Below are positions 1 through 10,500 of a DNA stretch of 64,000 nt, one piece after another. Made by a program: the position numbers and the translations under genes. Position 1 is the stretch's first letter; each line of letters begins with the position of its first letter. The stretch comes from Candidatus Omnitrophota bacterium (GTDB taxonomy: Bacteria; Omnitrophota; Gorgyraeia; B26-G9; JBDRCZ01): positions 15,947 to 79,946 of the forward strand of contig JBDRCZ010000017.1 of the NCBI GenBank assembly GCA_043821285.1. Direction: 5' to 3'. The notes below the pieces were generated by a model, which had not been told where the DNA came from, searched no databases, and saw only the letters and a program-made list of their open reading frames with translations.

Positions 1-1
1 G

Positions 2-982
2 GATACCCTGAGGATACTTTCAAAAATACTTGCTCATTCACCCGTTCCCGTTGGAACCGTACCGATATACCAGTCCGCGGTAGCGATGAAACAAAAGAAA
101 AAAAAGATTATCGATATGACGGCAGAGGATATGATCGCAGCGGTAGAAACCCATGCCAAAATGGGTGTGGATTTTATGACCATTCATTGCGGTGTCATTC
201 AGGAAACAGTAGCGCGGCTTAAGGCGGAAGGCCGGATTTTAGATATTGTTAGCCGCGGCGGGTCATTTCTCCTGGAATGGATGGTCCATAACAAAAAGGA
301 AAATCCTTTCTACCGGTATTTTGATAAAATATTGCAGATTGCCAGCAGATATGACATGGTTTTAAGCTTAGGTGATGGATTAAGACCAGGGGCAATTATT
401 GATTCTACGGATCGGGCACAAATCCAGGAATTAATCATCTTGGGAGAACAGGCAAAAAAGGCGCAGGAACGCGGAATACAGGTAATTATTGAAGGTCCCG
501 GACACCTCCCGCTTTCTGATATTGAAGCGAACGTTTTGTTGGCAAAAAAGATTTGCCATGATGCACCTTTTTATGTTTTAGGACCGTTGGTTACGGATGT
601 TGCTTTAGGATACGATCATATCTGCGGAGCAATTGGGGGAGCAATTGCCGCAATGCACGGGGCAGATTTTTTATGTTACGTAACCCCATCCGAACACCTG
701 CATTTGCCAGATGCCGATGATGTAAAAGAGGGGGTAATTGCTTCACGGATTGCGGCGCATGCAGCAGATATTGCCAAGAATGTCCCTGGCGCCAAAGACT
801 GGGATTTAAAAATATCTTTAGCCCGCAGAAAGCGGGACTGGAAAACGCAGATAAAACTATCCCTTGACAAACAACGTGCAAAGAAATACCATAATAAGTC
901 TTCAGCCAGCCATACGGATGTATGTACGATGTGCGGGGAATATTGTTCGATAAAAATAGCCGAAAAGAATTTGCGGGGATAA
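2..982 (+). CDS. thiC: phosphomethylpyrimidine synthase ThiC, 3' portion (5' end upstream of window)
   Basis: Frame of ORF 86..982 is open to window start and reads ...VGTVPIYQ... (ThiC motif). C-terminal CTMCGEYCS Cys cluster typical of ThiC radical-SAM Fe-S site. Confidence 0.8.
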   Translation, partial: DTLRILSKILAHSPVPVGTVPIYQSAVAMKQKKKKIIDMTAEDMIAAVETHAKMGVDFMTIHCGVIQETVARLKAEGRILDIVSRGGSFLLEWMVHNKKENPFYRYFDKILQIASRYDMVLSLGDGLRPGAIIDSTDRAQIQELIILGEQAKKAQERGIQVIIEGPGHLPLSDIEANVLLAKKICHDAPFYVLGPLVTDVALGYDHICGAIGGAIAAMHGADFLCYVTPSEHLHLPDADDVKEGVIASRIAAHAADIAKNVPGAKDWDLKISLARRKRDWKTQIKLSLDKQRAKKYHNKSSASHTDVCTMCGEYCSIKIAEKNLRG

Positions 983-1047
983 TTCAGGGGCAGAATGCAA
1001 GCTTCCCAAGCTTGACGTCGCGGGTTCGAATCCCGTTCCCCGCTCCA
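973..1047 (+). tRNA. tRNA-Gly (anticodon CCC)
   Basis: Acceptor stem GCGGGGA/TCCCCGC, D-arm with GG, anticodon stem CAAGC/GCTTG with loop TTCCCAA (anticodon CCC), T-arm GGTTCGAATCC, 3' TCCA. Overlaps last codons of thiC ORF. Confidence 0.8.
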
Positions 1048-1121
1048 GTAAAGATAGTGTACAATGAACTATTTATAGTTTACAGCAGGAGAACCAGAAA
1101 AAATGGTTTTTAGGGAAAAAG

Positions 1122-1343
1122 ATGCCAATATATGAATTTGAATGTTTTAACTGTCATAAAGAATTTGAGCAGTTTTTTCATTCGGCAAATCAAGAGTTGA
1201 GCATACAGTGTTCTCATTGTAATTCAAGAAAAATTAAACGAATTTTTTCAATTTTTGGATTTAAATCAAAAGATAAAAGCTCTGGTAGTAATAGTTCAGG
1301 ATGCACGTCATGTACCACTGGTAATTGTAGTAGCTGTCAATAA
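1122..1343 (+). CDS. FmdB-family zinc-ribbon putative regulatory protein
   Basis: N-terminal MPIYEFECxxCxKEFE signature, two CxxC pairs, Cys/Ser-rich tail. Confidence 0.65.
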   Translation: MPIYEFECFNCHKEFEQFFHSANQELSIQCSHCNSRKIKRIFSIFGFKSKDKSSGSNSSGCTSCTTGNCSSCQ

Positions 1344-1593
1344 ATTATTGCCTTCAGCACTAATTTATTGACTACCTTTTCTTTTTCAAAGAAAAGAAAA
1401 AATAAAGTAACGGATTAACACTGATTAAACACAGACCTCGCCTATGCAGAGCTTCGGCGGGTATTTTGGGTAGTATTACTGTTAAGCAGGGGTCCATTAA
1501 AAATCCGTGCAACATCTGTGGCTAAAAAATATATGAAATTCACGCATTATTCAGAATAATCTCCTATAAAATTGTGGAAATCTGTGTATAAAT

Positions 1594-3228
1594 ATGTTTA
1601 GCGAGCCAGTTATAAAAGAAAAATTTTTCGGGCGCAAGCTGCTTCTGGACTTATTGAAAAAACGAATTGAGGCTTTTAAAAATGACTATCGCCAGAATGT
1701 TGCGCTGCTTGGACCGGAATTAATTGGTAAAACTTCCCTGGTATTAGAATTACTTAATCAACATAACGACAAGACGATTATTCCGGTTTATGTAGAGGTT
1801 AAATCAGAACCCCTGCAGTTTTTTGTGCAAAAATTCATTGGTGTCTTTTTAAACCGCTTTATCACCACGGTTGAACATCAATCTCCCGAAGATCTAAATT
1901 TGCTGATTAAAAAATGCCGCCAGCATGCCAGCAAAACTTATCTTGGAATTAAAGATGTTTTTTCCCATTTAGAAAATAATAATAATAATGAAGCCTTTGT
2001 TCGGTTACTGCAATTGCCGGTAATATTTTATGCCGAGACAAATAAACGCTGCCTGATTGCAATAGATGAGTTTCAGAATTTGGAAACTTTAAAAATCAAT
2101 AATCCATTTAAGGTCTTAAGTAATGCAATTATGATGCAAAAGACAACGATGTATATCATTACCAGCTCCTGGGAGGCAAAGGCCAGGCAAATATTGTCCG
2201 AAAAGCTTAGTCTGTTATTTGGAAATTTTGAAACCCTGCATATCACTTCATTTGATATGCCGACCAGTAAGTTTTTTTTGGATAAAAAACTTATGGATAT
2301 CGAAATGCAGGACCTGTGCAAGAAATTTTTATATAATTTAACCATGGGGAAACCATTTTATTTAGATTTGATTGTCGAACGTTTAAAACGCCTTTTTGCC
2401 GCAGATAAAACAAAAAAAATGACCAGAGAATTAATTATCGATGCATTAAATGATCTCTTGTTTGACCCGCGTGGCATATTACATCAGTACTTTGAACATC
2501 ATATCGGAACGTTTTTACAGAATCGTACGTACTGCACATTTTCTTTAATTTTAAATGCGCTTGCCGATGGACAAAAAAGGACAGCCGGTATTTCAAAATA
2601 TACCAATCGGCCGGTAAAAGACATCACACAACATCTCTCGCAATTGATCAATATGGAAATTGTTCAACGTAGCGGAAGCTTTAACCGCTTGCATGATCCG
2701 ATGTTGAAATTATGGCTGAAATATGTATATAAAACACGGCAACAGAATTATTCGACTAATCCACAGATGCTTTCTACCGCATTCAATATGGCGATTGATG
2801 ATAATTTTACCGCTTTTTGTGATACGGACCGTAAAAATTTAGGGGAAATTCTCTTGACACTTTTTGAATCTTTTGGCAATGAAATTGTAGAAATTGGCAA
2901 AAAAAGATTCAAATTGTCAAAATTTAAAAAAGTTGAATTAAAAAATCAATCGGGGTTCTGCTATATTATTGCTACTCCAGCCTCATCACAAAAACAATGG
3001 ATCTGCCTCTTGGAAAATAAACTGATTACGGAACAGGATATTATCGATTTTAGTCAATATCTGCGTAATGCTAAACTGCGCCCAATACGCAAGATTATTG
3101 TTACAATTCGCACGTTGGATGTTAATGCAAAACTGAAAGCATTAGAAGATAAGTTTATAATCTGGGAAATTGAAACTTTGAATTCGCTTTTGGATTTATA
3201 CAGCCGATGCGGCGTTGTTAGGTGGTAA
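1594..3228 (+). CDS. AAA+ ATPase (Arch_ATPase-type) with C-terminal DUF234-like region
   Basis: P-loop-like LLGPELIGKTSL, Walker B-like IAIDEFQNL, ~540 aa. Start has no obvious SD. Confidence 0.45.
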   Translation: MFSEPVIKEKFFGRKLLLDLLKKRIEAFKNDYRQNVALLGPELIGKTSLVLELLNQHNDKTIIPVYVEVKSEPLQFFVQKFIGVFLNRFITTVEHQSPEDLNLLIKKCRQHASKTYLGIKDVFSHLENNNNNEAFVRLLQLPVIFYAETNKRCLIAIDEFQNLETLKINNPFKVLSNAIMMQKTTMYIITSSWEAKARQILSEKLSLLFGNFETLHITSFDMPTSKFFLDKKLMDIEMQDLCKKFLYNLTMGKPFYLDLIVERLKRLFAADKTKKMTRELIIDALNDLLFDPRGILHQYFEHHIGTFLQNRTYCTFSLILNALADGQKRTAGISKYTNRPVKDITQHLSQLINMEIVQRSGSFNRLHDPMLKLWLKYVYKTRQQNYSTNPQMLSTAFNMAIDDNFTAFCDTDRKNLGEILLTLFESFGNEIVEIGKKRFKLSKFKKVELKNQSGFCYIIATPASSQKQWICLLENKLITEQDIIDFSQYLRNAKLRPIRKIIVTIRTLDVNAKLKALEDKFIIWEIETLNSLLDLYSRCGVVRW

Positions 3229-3229
3229 A

Positions 3230-3718
3230 ATGAAAATTGGTATTTTATCGGATACACACATACATCTGCCAAAAGATAAAATCCCGGCAGCTTTAATTGA
3301 TGGACTAAAAAACGTTGATTTAATTTTGCATGCGGGTGATATATTGGATTTGGCGGTGATTAGAAAATTAGAAAAAATTGCCCAGGTTAAAGCAGTACAG
3401 GGAAATATGGATACCCCAGTGCTTAAAGAGATATTGCCGGAGAGAGAATTAATACGCGCGGAACAGATTAAAATCGGGTTAATCCACGGCTGGGGGCCGC
3501 CGGTCGGCCTATTAGATCGGGTAAAAGAGCTGTTTTATACAATGAAGGTGGATGTAGTTATATTTGGACATTCACATACCCCGATGATAAAAAAAATAGA
3601 TGGAGTTTTGTTTATAAACCCGGGCAGCCCGACAGATAAAATTTTTGCCCCTTACAATTCATATGTTGTTTTAGAGGTCAAAGGGAATAAAGCAGAAGCG
3701 CAGATTGTTAAGATATAA
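3230..3718 (+). CDS. metallophosphoesterase, YfcE/MJ0936 family
   Basis: MKIGILSDTH, HAGDI, GNMD, GHSHTP motifs. ATG at 3230 preferred over the ORF-track alt start at 3215. Confidence 0.8.
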   Translation: MKIGILSDTHIHLPKDKIPAALIDGLKNVDLILHAGDILDLAVIRKLEKIAQVKAVQGNMDTPVLKEILPERELIRAEQIKIGLIHGWGPPVGLLDRVKELFYTMKVDVVIFGHSHTPMIKKIDGVLFINPGSPTDKIFAPYNSYVVLEVKGNKAEAQIVKI

Positions 3719-3827
3719 CAACAATTAACAGTTTACGGTTTACAGTGAGATCGTGATGCGTAACTGTTGGCCAGGCAGAAATAAGTTATAACTTATAGGT
3801 AGTGTCAAAAATAAAATGAAAAACCGG

Positions 3828-4201
3828 AAAGCAACCACAGATTACGCAGATAGTTATAAAGATTTTAAGAGGGGAGAAAATCTGTGGTGAATGGATCAGT
3901 GGTGAAAGAAAGAGAAAAAGATTTTCCATATTCAAGGAGATAATATACAAGATAATTGGTGCGGCAATGGAAGTCCACAAGTAGTTAGGATGTGGAATTC
4001 TTGAAGCAGTAGATGAAGAAGGAGTAAGTAGAGAATTTAGAAGAAAATGATTATTATTTAACATAGGTAGAGTTTCTTTAGAATATAAGAGAGTAATAAG
4101 GTAGAAAATACACTTATAACCACAGATTAAATCACCACAGATTTATACAAATAATTTAAAAGAATAAAATCATTTTAATCTGTGAAATCTGTGGTTGCTT
4201 T
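3828..4201. repeat. MITE-like ~370-bp non-coding element bounded by perfect 15-bp inverted repeats (AAAGCAACCACAGAT / ATCTGTGGTTGCTTT); internal copies of CCACAGAT
   Basis: Perfect terminal inverted repeats at 3828-3842 and 4187-4201; AT-rich interior with no credible ORF; sits in a 500-bp gap between two plus-strand genes. Confidence 0.35.
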
Positions 4202-4257
4202 AAAAGATATACGAAAGATTTTTGACAGAACCAACTTATAAACAAGGGGTAGTCGTA

Positions 4258-5079
4258 ATGAATATAAATGGTAACATCCCGGTATTTTTGGTTCAGGGTG
4301 AGACTCTCCCTGAAGTTTGGGAGCGCGCGGTTATTAAAATCTGGGAAAATGGGGTTGATATTAAAACAGAATATGATAAAAAAGACGATCCGCCAAGTAA
4401 AGATGCAACAATGACAATGGTTGTCAATCAACCTTTTTCCGAGCCAAGAATTCACCGTGCGTTTCCCGCAGGGCTGGAGGACCTTGAAATTTACAAGCAA
4501 GAGGTCGTCTATGGCGTTCATGACCATTGGATAAATCCAGAAGAAGGTAAATGGACATATACCTACCATAAACGTTTATTTGAATATGAAATCGAGCAGG
4601 AAATAATCAGACAAATAGATTATATTATTAAAAAATTATCACAAAACGGCTATTCCCGCCGTGCACAAGCAATAACATGGAATCCAAAACTTGACCCGCA
4701 GACTGATGATCCTCCGTGTCTGCAGAGAATTTGGTGCCGGCTTATGACCAATAGCGATGGAAAAAAGGTATTGAACATGAACACCCATTGGCGAAGCCGA
4801 GATGCGTATAAAGCAGCATTTATGAATATTTTTGCCTTGACGGAACTGCAGAAGCTGATTGCCGATAGAATATCCGAAATATTAAAATTCGAAGTTATTG
4901 TTGGCCGCTATGTAGATATAAGCGATAGTTTTCATATCTATGGTTCTTATTATCAGGAATTTCAGAAATTTTTAAATCTTGTTAAAAACCGAACATTTGC
5001 CGAGCGCACCTGGACGACGGAATTTGCCCAGAGTTTTTTTGACGAAGCTGACAAAAAACTACATGATCGTGCGGTGTAG
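4258..5079 (+). CDS. thymidylate synthase (ThyA) family protein, divergent
   Basis: ITWNP (cf. SAWNP), DDPPC nucleophile Cys box (PCH with H->L), HWRSRD (cf. YQRSxD), NIFALTEL (cf. NIASYALL). ATG 4258 preceded by AAGGGG. Confidence 0.5.
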   Translation: MNINGNIPVFLVQGETLPEVWERAVIKIWENGVDIKTEYDKKDDPPSKDATMTMVVNQPFSEPRIHRAFPAGLEDLEIYKQEVVYGVHDHWINPEEGKWTYTYHKRLFEYEIEQEIIRQIDYIIKKLSQNGYSRRAQAITWNPKLDPQTDDPPCLQRIWCRLMTNSDGKKVLNMNTHWRSRDAYKAAFMNIFALTELQKLIADRISEILKFEVIVGRYVDISDSFHIYGSYYQEFQKFLNLVKNRTFAERTWTTEFAQSFFDEADKKLHDRAV

Positions 5080-5289
5080 AACATCAAAAATAATAAAAAA
5101 GAAAAAGATAATGCCACAGATTTTCACTGATTGAACACGGATAAAAAACAAAAGACAAATATTAAATAAAAATCCGTGTTTCATTCGTGTGAATCCGTGG
5201 CTAAAAAAATAGTTAAACTACGCGTAACACAAATTAACACGAACAGCAAAGGCTTTATTCTTAAAAGGGTAGGTAATTTTTGACAGAAC

Positions 5290-5796
5290 TTGCTGTCACA
5301 GCGGAGAAGATACGTGGATAGGCTTTGGGCACCATGGCGGATAGCTTATGTTAACAAAAGGGTAAAGAGAAAATGCATATTTTGTATAGAAGCTAAAAAG
5401 ATAAATCTTAGAAAAAACTATATTGTTGAAACAGGCAGGTACAGTTTTGTGATTTTGAATATTTTTCCCTATAACAATGGACATTTGATGATTGTACCAT
5501 ACCGGCACTTGCCTGACGTCTCTATACTGAGAACTGAAGAGTGGAATGAAATGTTAAAATTTATTAAAATATATAAATCTTATCTCTCAAAAATACTTAA
5601 TCCCGACGGCTATAATCTGGGTATAAACATTGGACGCGCGGCTGGGGCCGGTTTTGCCAACCATGTGCATTTACATATTGTTCCGCGCTGGATCGGGGAT
5701 AGTAATTTTATGCCCGCGATAACAAAGACTAAGATAATCTCTCAGTCACTCGATGAATTGTATAAGCAGTTAAAAAAATGGCAGAAAAAGAAGTAA
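5290..5796 (+). CDS. HIT-family (histidine triad) hydrolase
   Basis: [10 protein letters not shown] histidine triad. TTG/GTG start uncertain. Confidence 0.75.
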   Translation: MLSQRRRYVDRLWAPWRIAYVNKRVKRKCIFCIEAKKINLRKNYIVETGRYSFVILNIFPYNNGHLMIVPYRHLPDVSILRTEEWNEMLKFIKIYKSYLSKILNPDGYNLGINIGRAAGAGFANHVHLHIVPRWIGDSNFMPAITKTKIISQSLDELYKQLKKWQKKK

Positions 5797-7322
5797 TATT
5801 AATTCTTGATTTTGGCTCTCAATATACCCAGTTAATTGCCAGACGCGTGCGGGAACTGGATGTTTATTCAGAGGTCTTACCGGCAAATGCCGCATTTAAT
5901 CTTATAAAAAAACATAATCCTTGCGGGATAATCCTCTCTGGCGGACCGGCTAGTGTTTATAAAGATTGTGCGCCAGAGTGCCATAAGGAGATCCTGCACT
6001 TAGGAATTCCGATTTTAGGCATCTGTTATGGCATGCAGTTAATCGTAAAATTTTTTGGCGGGCAAGTAATATCAGGACATAAACGGGAATATGGGCCAGC
6101 CAAACTCAAAATTATAGATAAAACGGATTTGTTTTATAAAATTGATACAACAATAAGCTGCTGGATGAGTCATGGTGACCGGGTCAATACTTTACCGGAT
6201 GATTTTAAGGCGCTTGCTTACACGGATAATTCTCGATATGCAGCAATTGCTAATAAAAGGCTTAATATTTACGGCGTACAGTTTCATCCGGAGGTTGTCC
6301 ATACCCCCTGTGGAAAAAAAATTATTCATAATTTTTTATATAAAATCTGCAGCTGTCAAGGTGCATGGTCAGTAACATCTTTTATTAAGGAAAAAATAAA
6401 AGAAATTAAATCAACCGTAAAAAACTCAAAAGTTATCCTGGGATTAAGCGGCGGAGTCGATTCCGCGGTTGCGGCAGTATTAATCCATCAGGCGATTGGC
6501 CGACAGTTAACCTGCATCTTTGTCGATAATGGACTGTTAAGACTTGGCGAGCTGAAAAAGGTTAAGGAAACATTTACCAGAAATTTTAATATAAATTTGC
6601 ATTGTCTGGATGCCCGCAGGCAGTTTTTGAAGAAACTTGCCGGGATTACTGATCCGGAACAAAAACGGAAAATAATTGGTAAGCTGTTTATCCGCGTATT
6701 TGAACAGGAAGCAAGAAAAACCGGCAACATCGAATACCTTGCCCAGGGCACGTTATATCCGGATGTCATCGAGAGCCGTTCCGTGTTTGGCGGACCGACC
6801 GCTAAAATAAAATCCCATCATAATGTCGGCGGGCTTCCGGAAAAGATGCATTTAAAATTGCTGGAACCGTTTAAATTTTTGTTTAAAGACGAAGTACGGC
6901 AAGTCGGTAAAAAAATGGGACTGGCTGCGGAAATTATCTCCCGTCAGCCGTTCCCCGGTCCGGGGCTAGCCGTTAGAATTATTGGTGCGGTAACTGAAAA
7001 TAGACTCGATATTTTGCGAAAGGCAGACCGGTGTGTGCTCGAAGAGATAAAAGCCAGTGGCCTTTATCAGCAGATATGGCAGGCATTTGCCGTGCTCTTA
7101 CCAATAAAAACAGTCGGGGTAATGGGCGATGAACGTACATATGAGAATGTTATTGCATTAAGGGCCGTTACCAGTTTAGATGGGATGACCGCAGACTGGG
7201 CAAGATTACCGTATAATGTCCTGGAAAAGATTTCCAATCGTATTATCAATGAAGTTAAAGGTGTTAACCGGGTAGTATACGACATTAGCACAAAACCACC
7301 GGCAACGATTGAGTGGGAATAA
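5778..7322 (+). CDS. guaA: GMP synthase (glutamine-hydrolysing)
   Basis: GATase [17 protein letters not shown]...GICYGMQ; ATP-PPase SGGVDSAV; conserved C-terminal dimerisation region. Confidence 0.93.
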   Translation: MAEKEVILILDFGSQYTQLIARRVRELDVYSEVLPANAAFNLIKKHNPCGIILSGGPASVYKDCAPECHKEILHLGIPILGICYGMQLIVKFFGGQVISGHKREYGPAKLKIIDKTDLFYKIDTTISCWMSHGDRVNTLPDDFKALAYTDNSRYAAIANKRLNIYGVQFHPEVVHTPCGKKIIHNFLYKICSCQGAWSVTSFIKEKIKEIKSTVKNSKVILGLSGGVDSAVAAVLIHQAIGRQLTCIFVDNGLLRLGELKKVKETFTRNFNINLHCLDARRQFLKKLAGITDPEQKRKIIGKLFIRVFEQEARKTGNIEYLAQGTLYPDVIESRSVFGGPTAKIKSHHNVGGLPEKMHLKLLEPFKFLFKDEVRQVGKKMGLAAEIISRQPFPGPGLAVRIIGAVTENRLDILRKADRCVLEEIKASGLYQQIWQAFAVLLPIKTVGVMGDERTYENVIALRAVTSLDGMTADWARLPYNVLEKISNRIINEVKGVNRVVYDISTKPPATIEWE

Positions 7323-7478
7323 GTAATAAAAAGTATTGCGTATCGAGCATTGCGTATTGCGTTTCTTTAAGATAAGAATTTTAATTTTTTTGCTTTTACT
7401 GTTAGCTGCTTGCCCCCAGGATAGGGGTAAACTGAACAGCATGCTCTGTACCCTTTGCTTTATGCTTTGCGTTTTATT

Positions 7479-7522
7479 CGCAATACTCAATACTCAATAC
7501 TCAATACTTAATACGCGATACG
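7479..7522. repeat. tandem heptamer array (CAATACT)n between guaA and dnaE, with inverted partial copy at 7332-7364
   Basis: CGCAATACTCAATACTCAATACTCAATACTTAATACGCGATACG; left arm GTATTGCGTATCGAGCATTGCGTATTGCG is its approximate reverse complement. Confidence 0.6.
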
Positions 7523-7528
7523 AAAAAA

Positions 7529-10500
7529 ATGAAGCATTCCGATTTTGTGCACTTACATGTGCATACACAATATAGTCTTTTAGATGGGGCCTGTATGATC
7601 GATAATTTGGTCGATCAGGCTTATCAGCTGAAAATGCCGGCCTTAGCCATGACCGACCATGGTAACATGTTTGGCACAATTGAGTTCTATCAAGCCGCAA
7701 TGAATAAAGGGGTAAAACCAATAATTGGATGTGAGGTATATATTGCACCGGAAAGCCGTTTAAAAAAAACATCCAAGGCCGGGCGGGATACCGCATATCA
7801 TTTATTACTCTTAGCTAAAGATGAACAGGGATACAAGAATTTAATGAAGCTTGTATCAATTGGTTATCTTGAAGGATTTTATTATAAACCGAGAATAGAT
7901 AAAGAAATCCTGGGAAAATATGCCAAAGGTTTGATTGGTCTGAGCAGCTGCCTTAAAGGAGAAATTCCGGTGTTGATTGCCTCCGGATTAATTGAACAGG
8001 CAAAAAAAACAACCGCAGAATTTATTGATATTTTTGGTAAAGACGATTTTTATTTAGAGCTGCAGGATTCCGGCATCACTCAGCAAAGAACGGTTAACCG
8101 GCACTTACTCGAATTTGCCAGACAATTTGAAATTTTACCCGTTGCTACAAACGATGTGCATTATTTACTTAAAGAGCATGCGCAGGCACATGAAATATTG
8201 TTATGTATCCAGACACAAACAACATTAGCTGATCCCGGTCATATGCGTTTTCAAACCGAAGAGTTTTATCTTAAAAATCCTCAAGAAATGCATAGTTTAT
8301 TTTCGGATGTCCCGCAAGCGCTGAGAAATACCTTGGCGATAACAGAAAAATGCAATTTAGAACTGGATTTTAGCAAAGTTTATTTGCCGAAATATAAGGT
8401 TCCCGACGGAAAAAAACCAGAGATTTATTTATCGGAGTTATGCCACCACAATTTAAAAACACGCTATCCGGAGCCTACGGAGATTATCTGTAACCGCCTA
8501 ATGCATGAATTAAAAGTAATCAAAGATTTAGGTTATGCCAGCTATTTTCTTATTGTTTGGGATTTTATAAATTTTGCAAAACAAAAATCTATCCCTGTCG
8601 GGCCGGGCCGGGGGTCGGCCGCCGGAAGTATCGTTAGCTATCTCTTAGGGATCACGGATATTGATCCTTTAAAATATGACCTATTATTTGAGAGATTTTT
8701 AAATCCCGAAAGAATCAGTTTACCAGATATTGATATTGATTTTTGTTACGAAAGACGGGAAGAGGTTATTAAATACGTTACCGAGGTGTATGGAAAGGAA
8801 AATGTTGCGCAGATAATTACTTTTGGCACGATGGCCGCTAAAGGGGTAATCCGTGATGTTGCCCGGGTTATGGGACTACCCTACGTAGATGCCGACCGTA
8901 TTGCTAAACTTGTTCCTTATGATATCAATATTACCTTGCAGGATGCAATTAATAATGTTTCTGAACTAACAAATTTATATAAAACAGACCCAACCATAAG
9001 ACAACTTTTGGATACATCTTTATCACTTGAAGGGCTTACGCGTCATGCCTCAACGCATGCGGCGGGGGTGGTGATTAGCAGTGATCGTTTGACCGAGCAC
9101 GTGCCATTGTTTAAGCCTAATGACGCGGGCCAAATTTCCACAGGATATCCCATGGGGGCACTTGAAAAAATAGGCCTTTTAAAAATGGATTTTTTGGGGC
9201 TTAAAACTTTAACCGTTATTGATCAAACACTCAAAATTTTAAAACGTACCGGTAATCTTGAGTTAATAATAGAACATATCCCCCCGGATGATAAAAAGAC
9301 ATATCAGATGCTCTCTGAGGGGAATTCCACCGGAGTATTTCAGCTTGAGAGTTCCGGGATGAGGGAAATATTACGGAAGTTAAGGCCAGAAATGTTTGAG
9401 GATTTAATTGCCATATTAGCGTTATATCGGCCGGGACCTTTAGGCAGCGGAATGGTTGATGATTTTATAAAACGTAAACATAATAAGACAAAAATAAAAT
9501 ATGATCACAAACTGCTGGAACCTATTTTAAAAGATACATATGGGATTATTATTTATCAGGAACAGGTGATGCGGATCGTAAATATTTTAGCCGGGTTTAC
9601 CCTCTCGCAGGCAGATACCATCCGCCGGGCAATGAGCAAGAAAATACCGGAGGTTATCGATCAGCTTCGTAATTCTTTTATCGAGGGTGCAGTAAAAAGA
9701 AATATTAATAAACGGATTGCAGAAAAGATATTTAATTTGATTGAATATTTTGCCGGTTATGGTTTTAATAAAAGTCATTCTGCCGCTTATGCGCAAATAT
9801 CATATTATACGGCCTATTTAAAGGCAAATTACCCGGTTGAATTTATGGCCGCATTGCTGACCAGTGAAAAAGATAATACCGATAAGATTGCTTTGTATAT
9901 TGATGAATTGAAAAGAATGAATATAAAAATCTTGCCGCCTGATATAAACGAAAGTTTTGGTAAATTTACCGTAGTTGGCGGCGCAATAAGATTTGGACTT
10001 TCCGCGGTAAAAAATGTTGGCATCGTTGCGGTCGATGCAATCGTGCGTTCGCGTATTGAGAAAGGTGCGTTTACATCACTTTATGATTTTTCTGAGCGAG
10101 TTGATTTGAGAACGGTTAACCGAAAAGTTATTGAGAGTCTGATAAAATGCGGCGCTTTTGATAGCTTTAAAAAATCAAGGGCATGTCTAATAACATCTAT
10201 CGATAATGCACTGGAAGTGGCGACTTCCATGCAGAAAGATAAACAAAATGGACAATTGACCTTTATCGATAACTTCGGGTATAGTTTATTTAATAAAAAA
10301 GAGAATGACAATATCGAGGTTAAGGAATGGCCGCAAGGTCAGCTGCTTTCGTTCGAAAAGGAGATGCTCGGATTATATATCACCGGACATCCCTTAGCAC
10401 AATATGCCAAGATCTTAAGCAAATTTAATCATTGTTCTTTAAAAAATATTGCCGAATTCAATAATAATGACGTTATGCTTGGCGGTTTAATTGTAAAAGT

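Noticed and set aside
973-982. Overlap of thiC stop codon with the first 10 nt of tRNA-Gly
   Set aside because: Not an annotation conflict serious enough to reject either. ThiC's conserved C-terminal Cys motif lies only ~15 codons before this stop and the tRNA cloverleaf is complete, so a short overlap or a slightly earlier true ThiC end is likely.
3828-4201. Considered CCACAGAT / CGGATAAAAAA motifs as DnaA boxes (oriC)
   Set aside because: Closest matches differ from TTATCCACA at 2+ positions. No dnaA/dnaN in the window. The motif family is dispersed over many intergenic sites rather than clustered at one origin.
7479-7522. Considered whether the CAATACT / TTCTGNN tandem runs could be CRISPR arrays
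   Set aside because: Units are 7 bp and contiguous with no unique spacers; no cas genes. They are iteron/microsatellite-type repeats.
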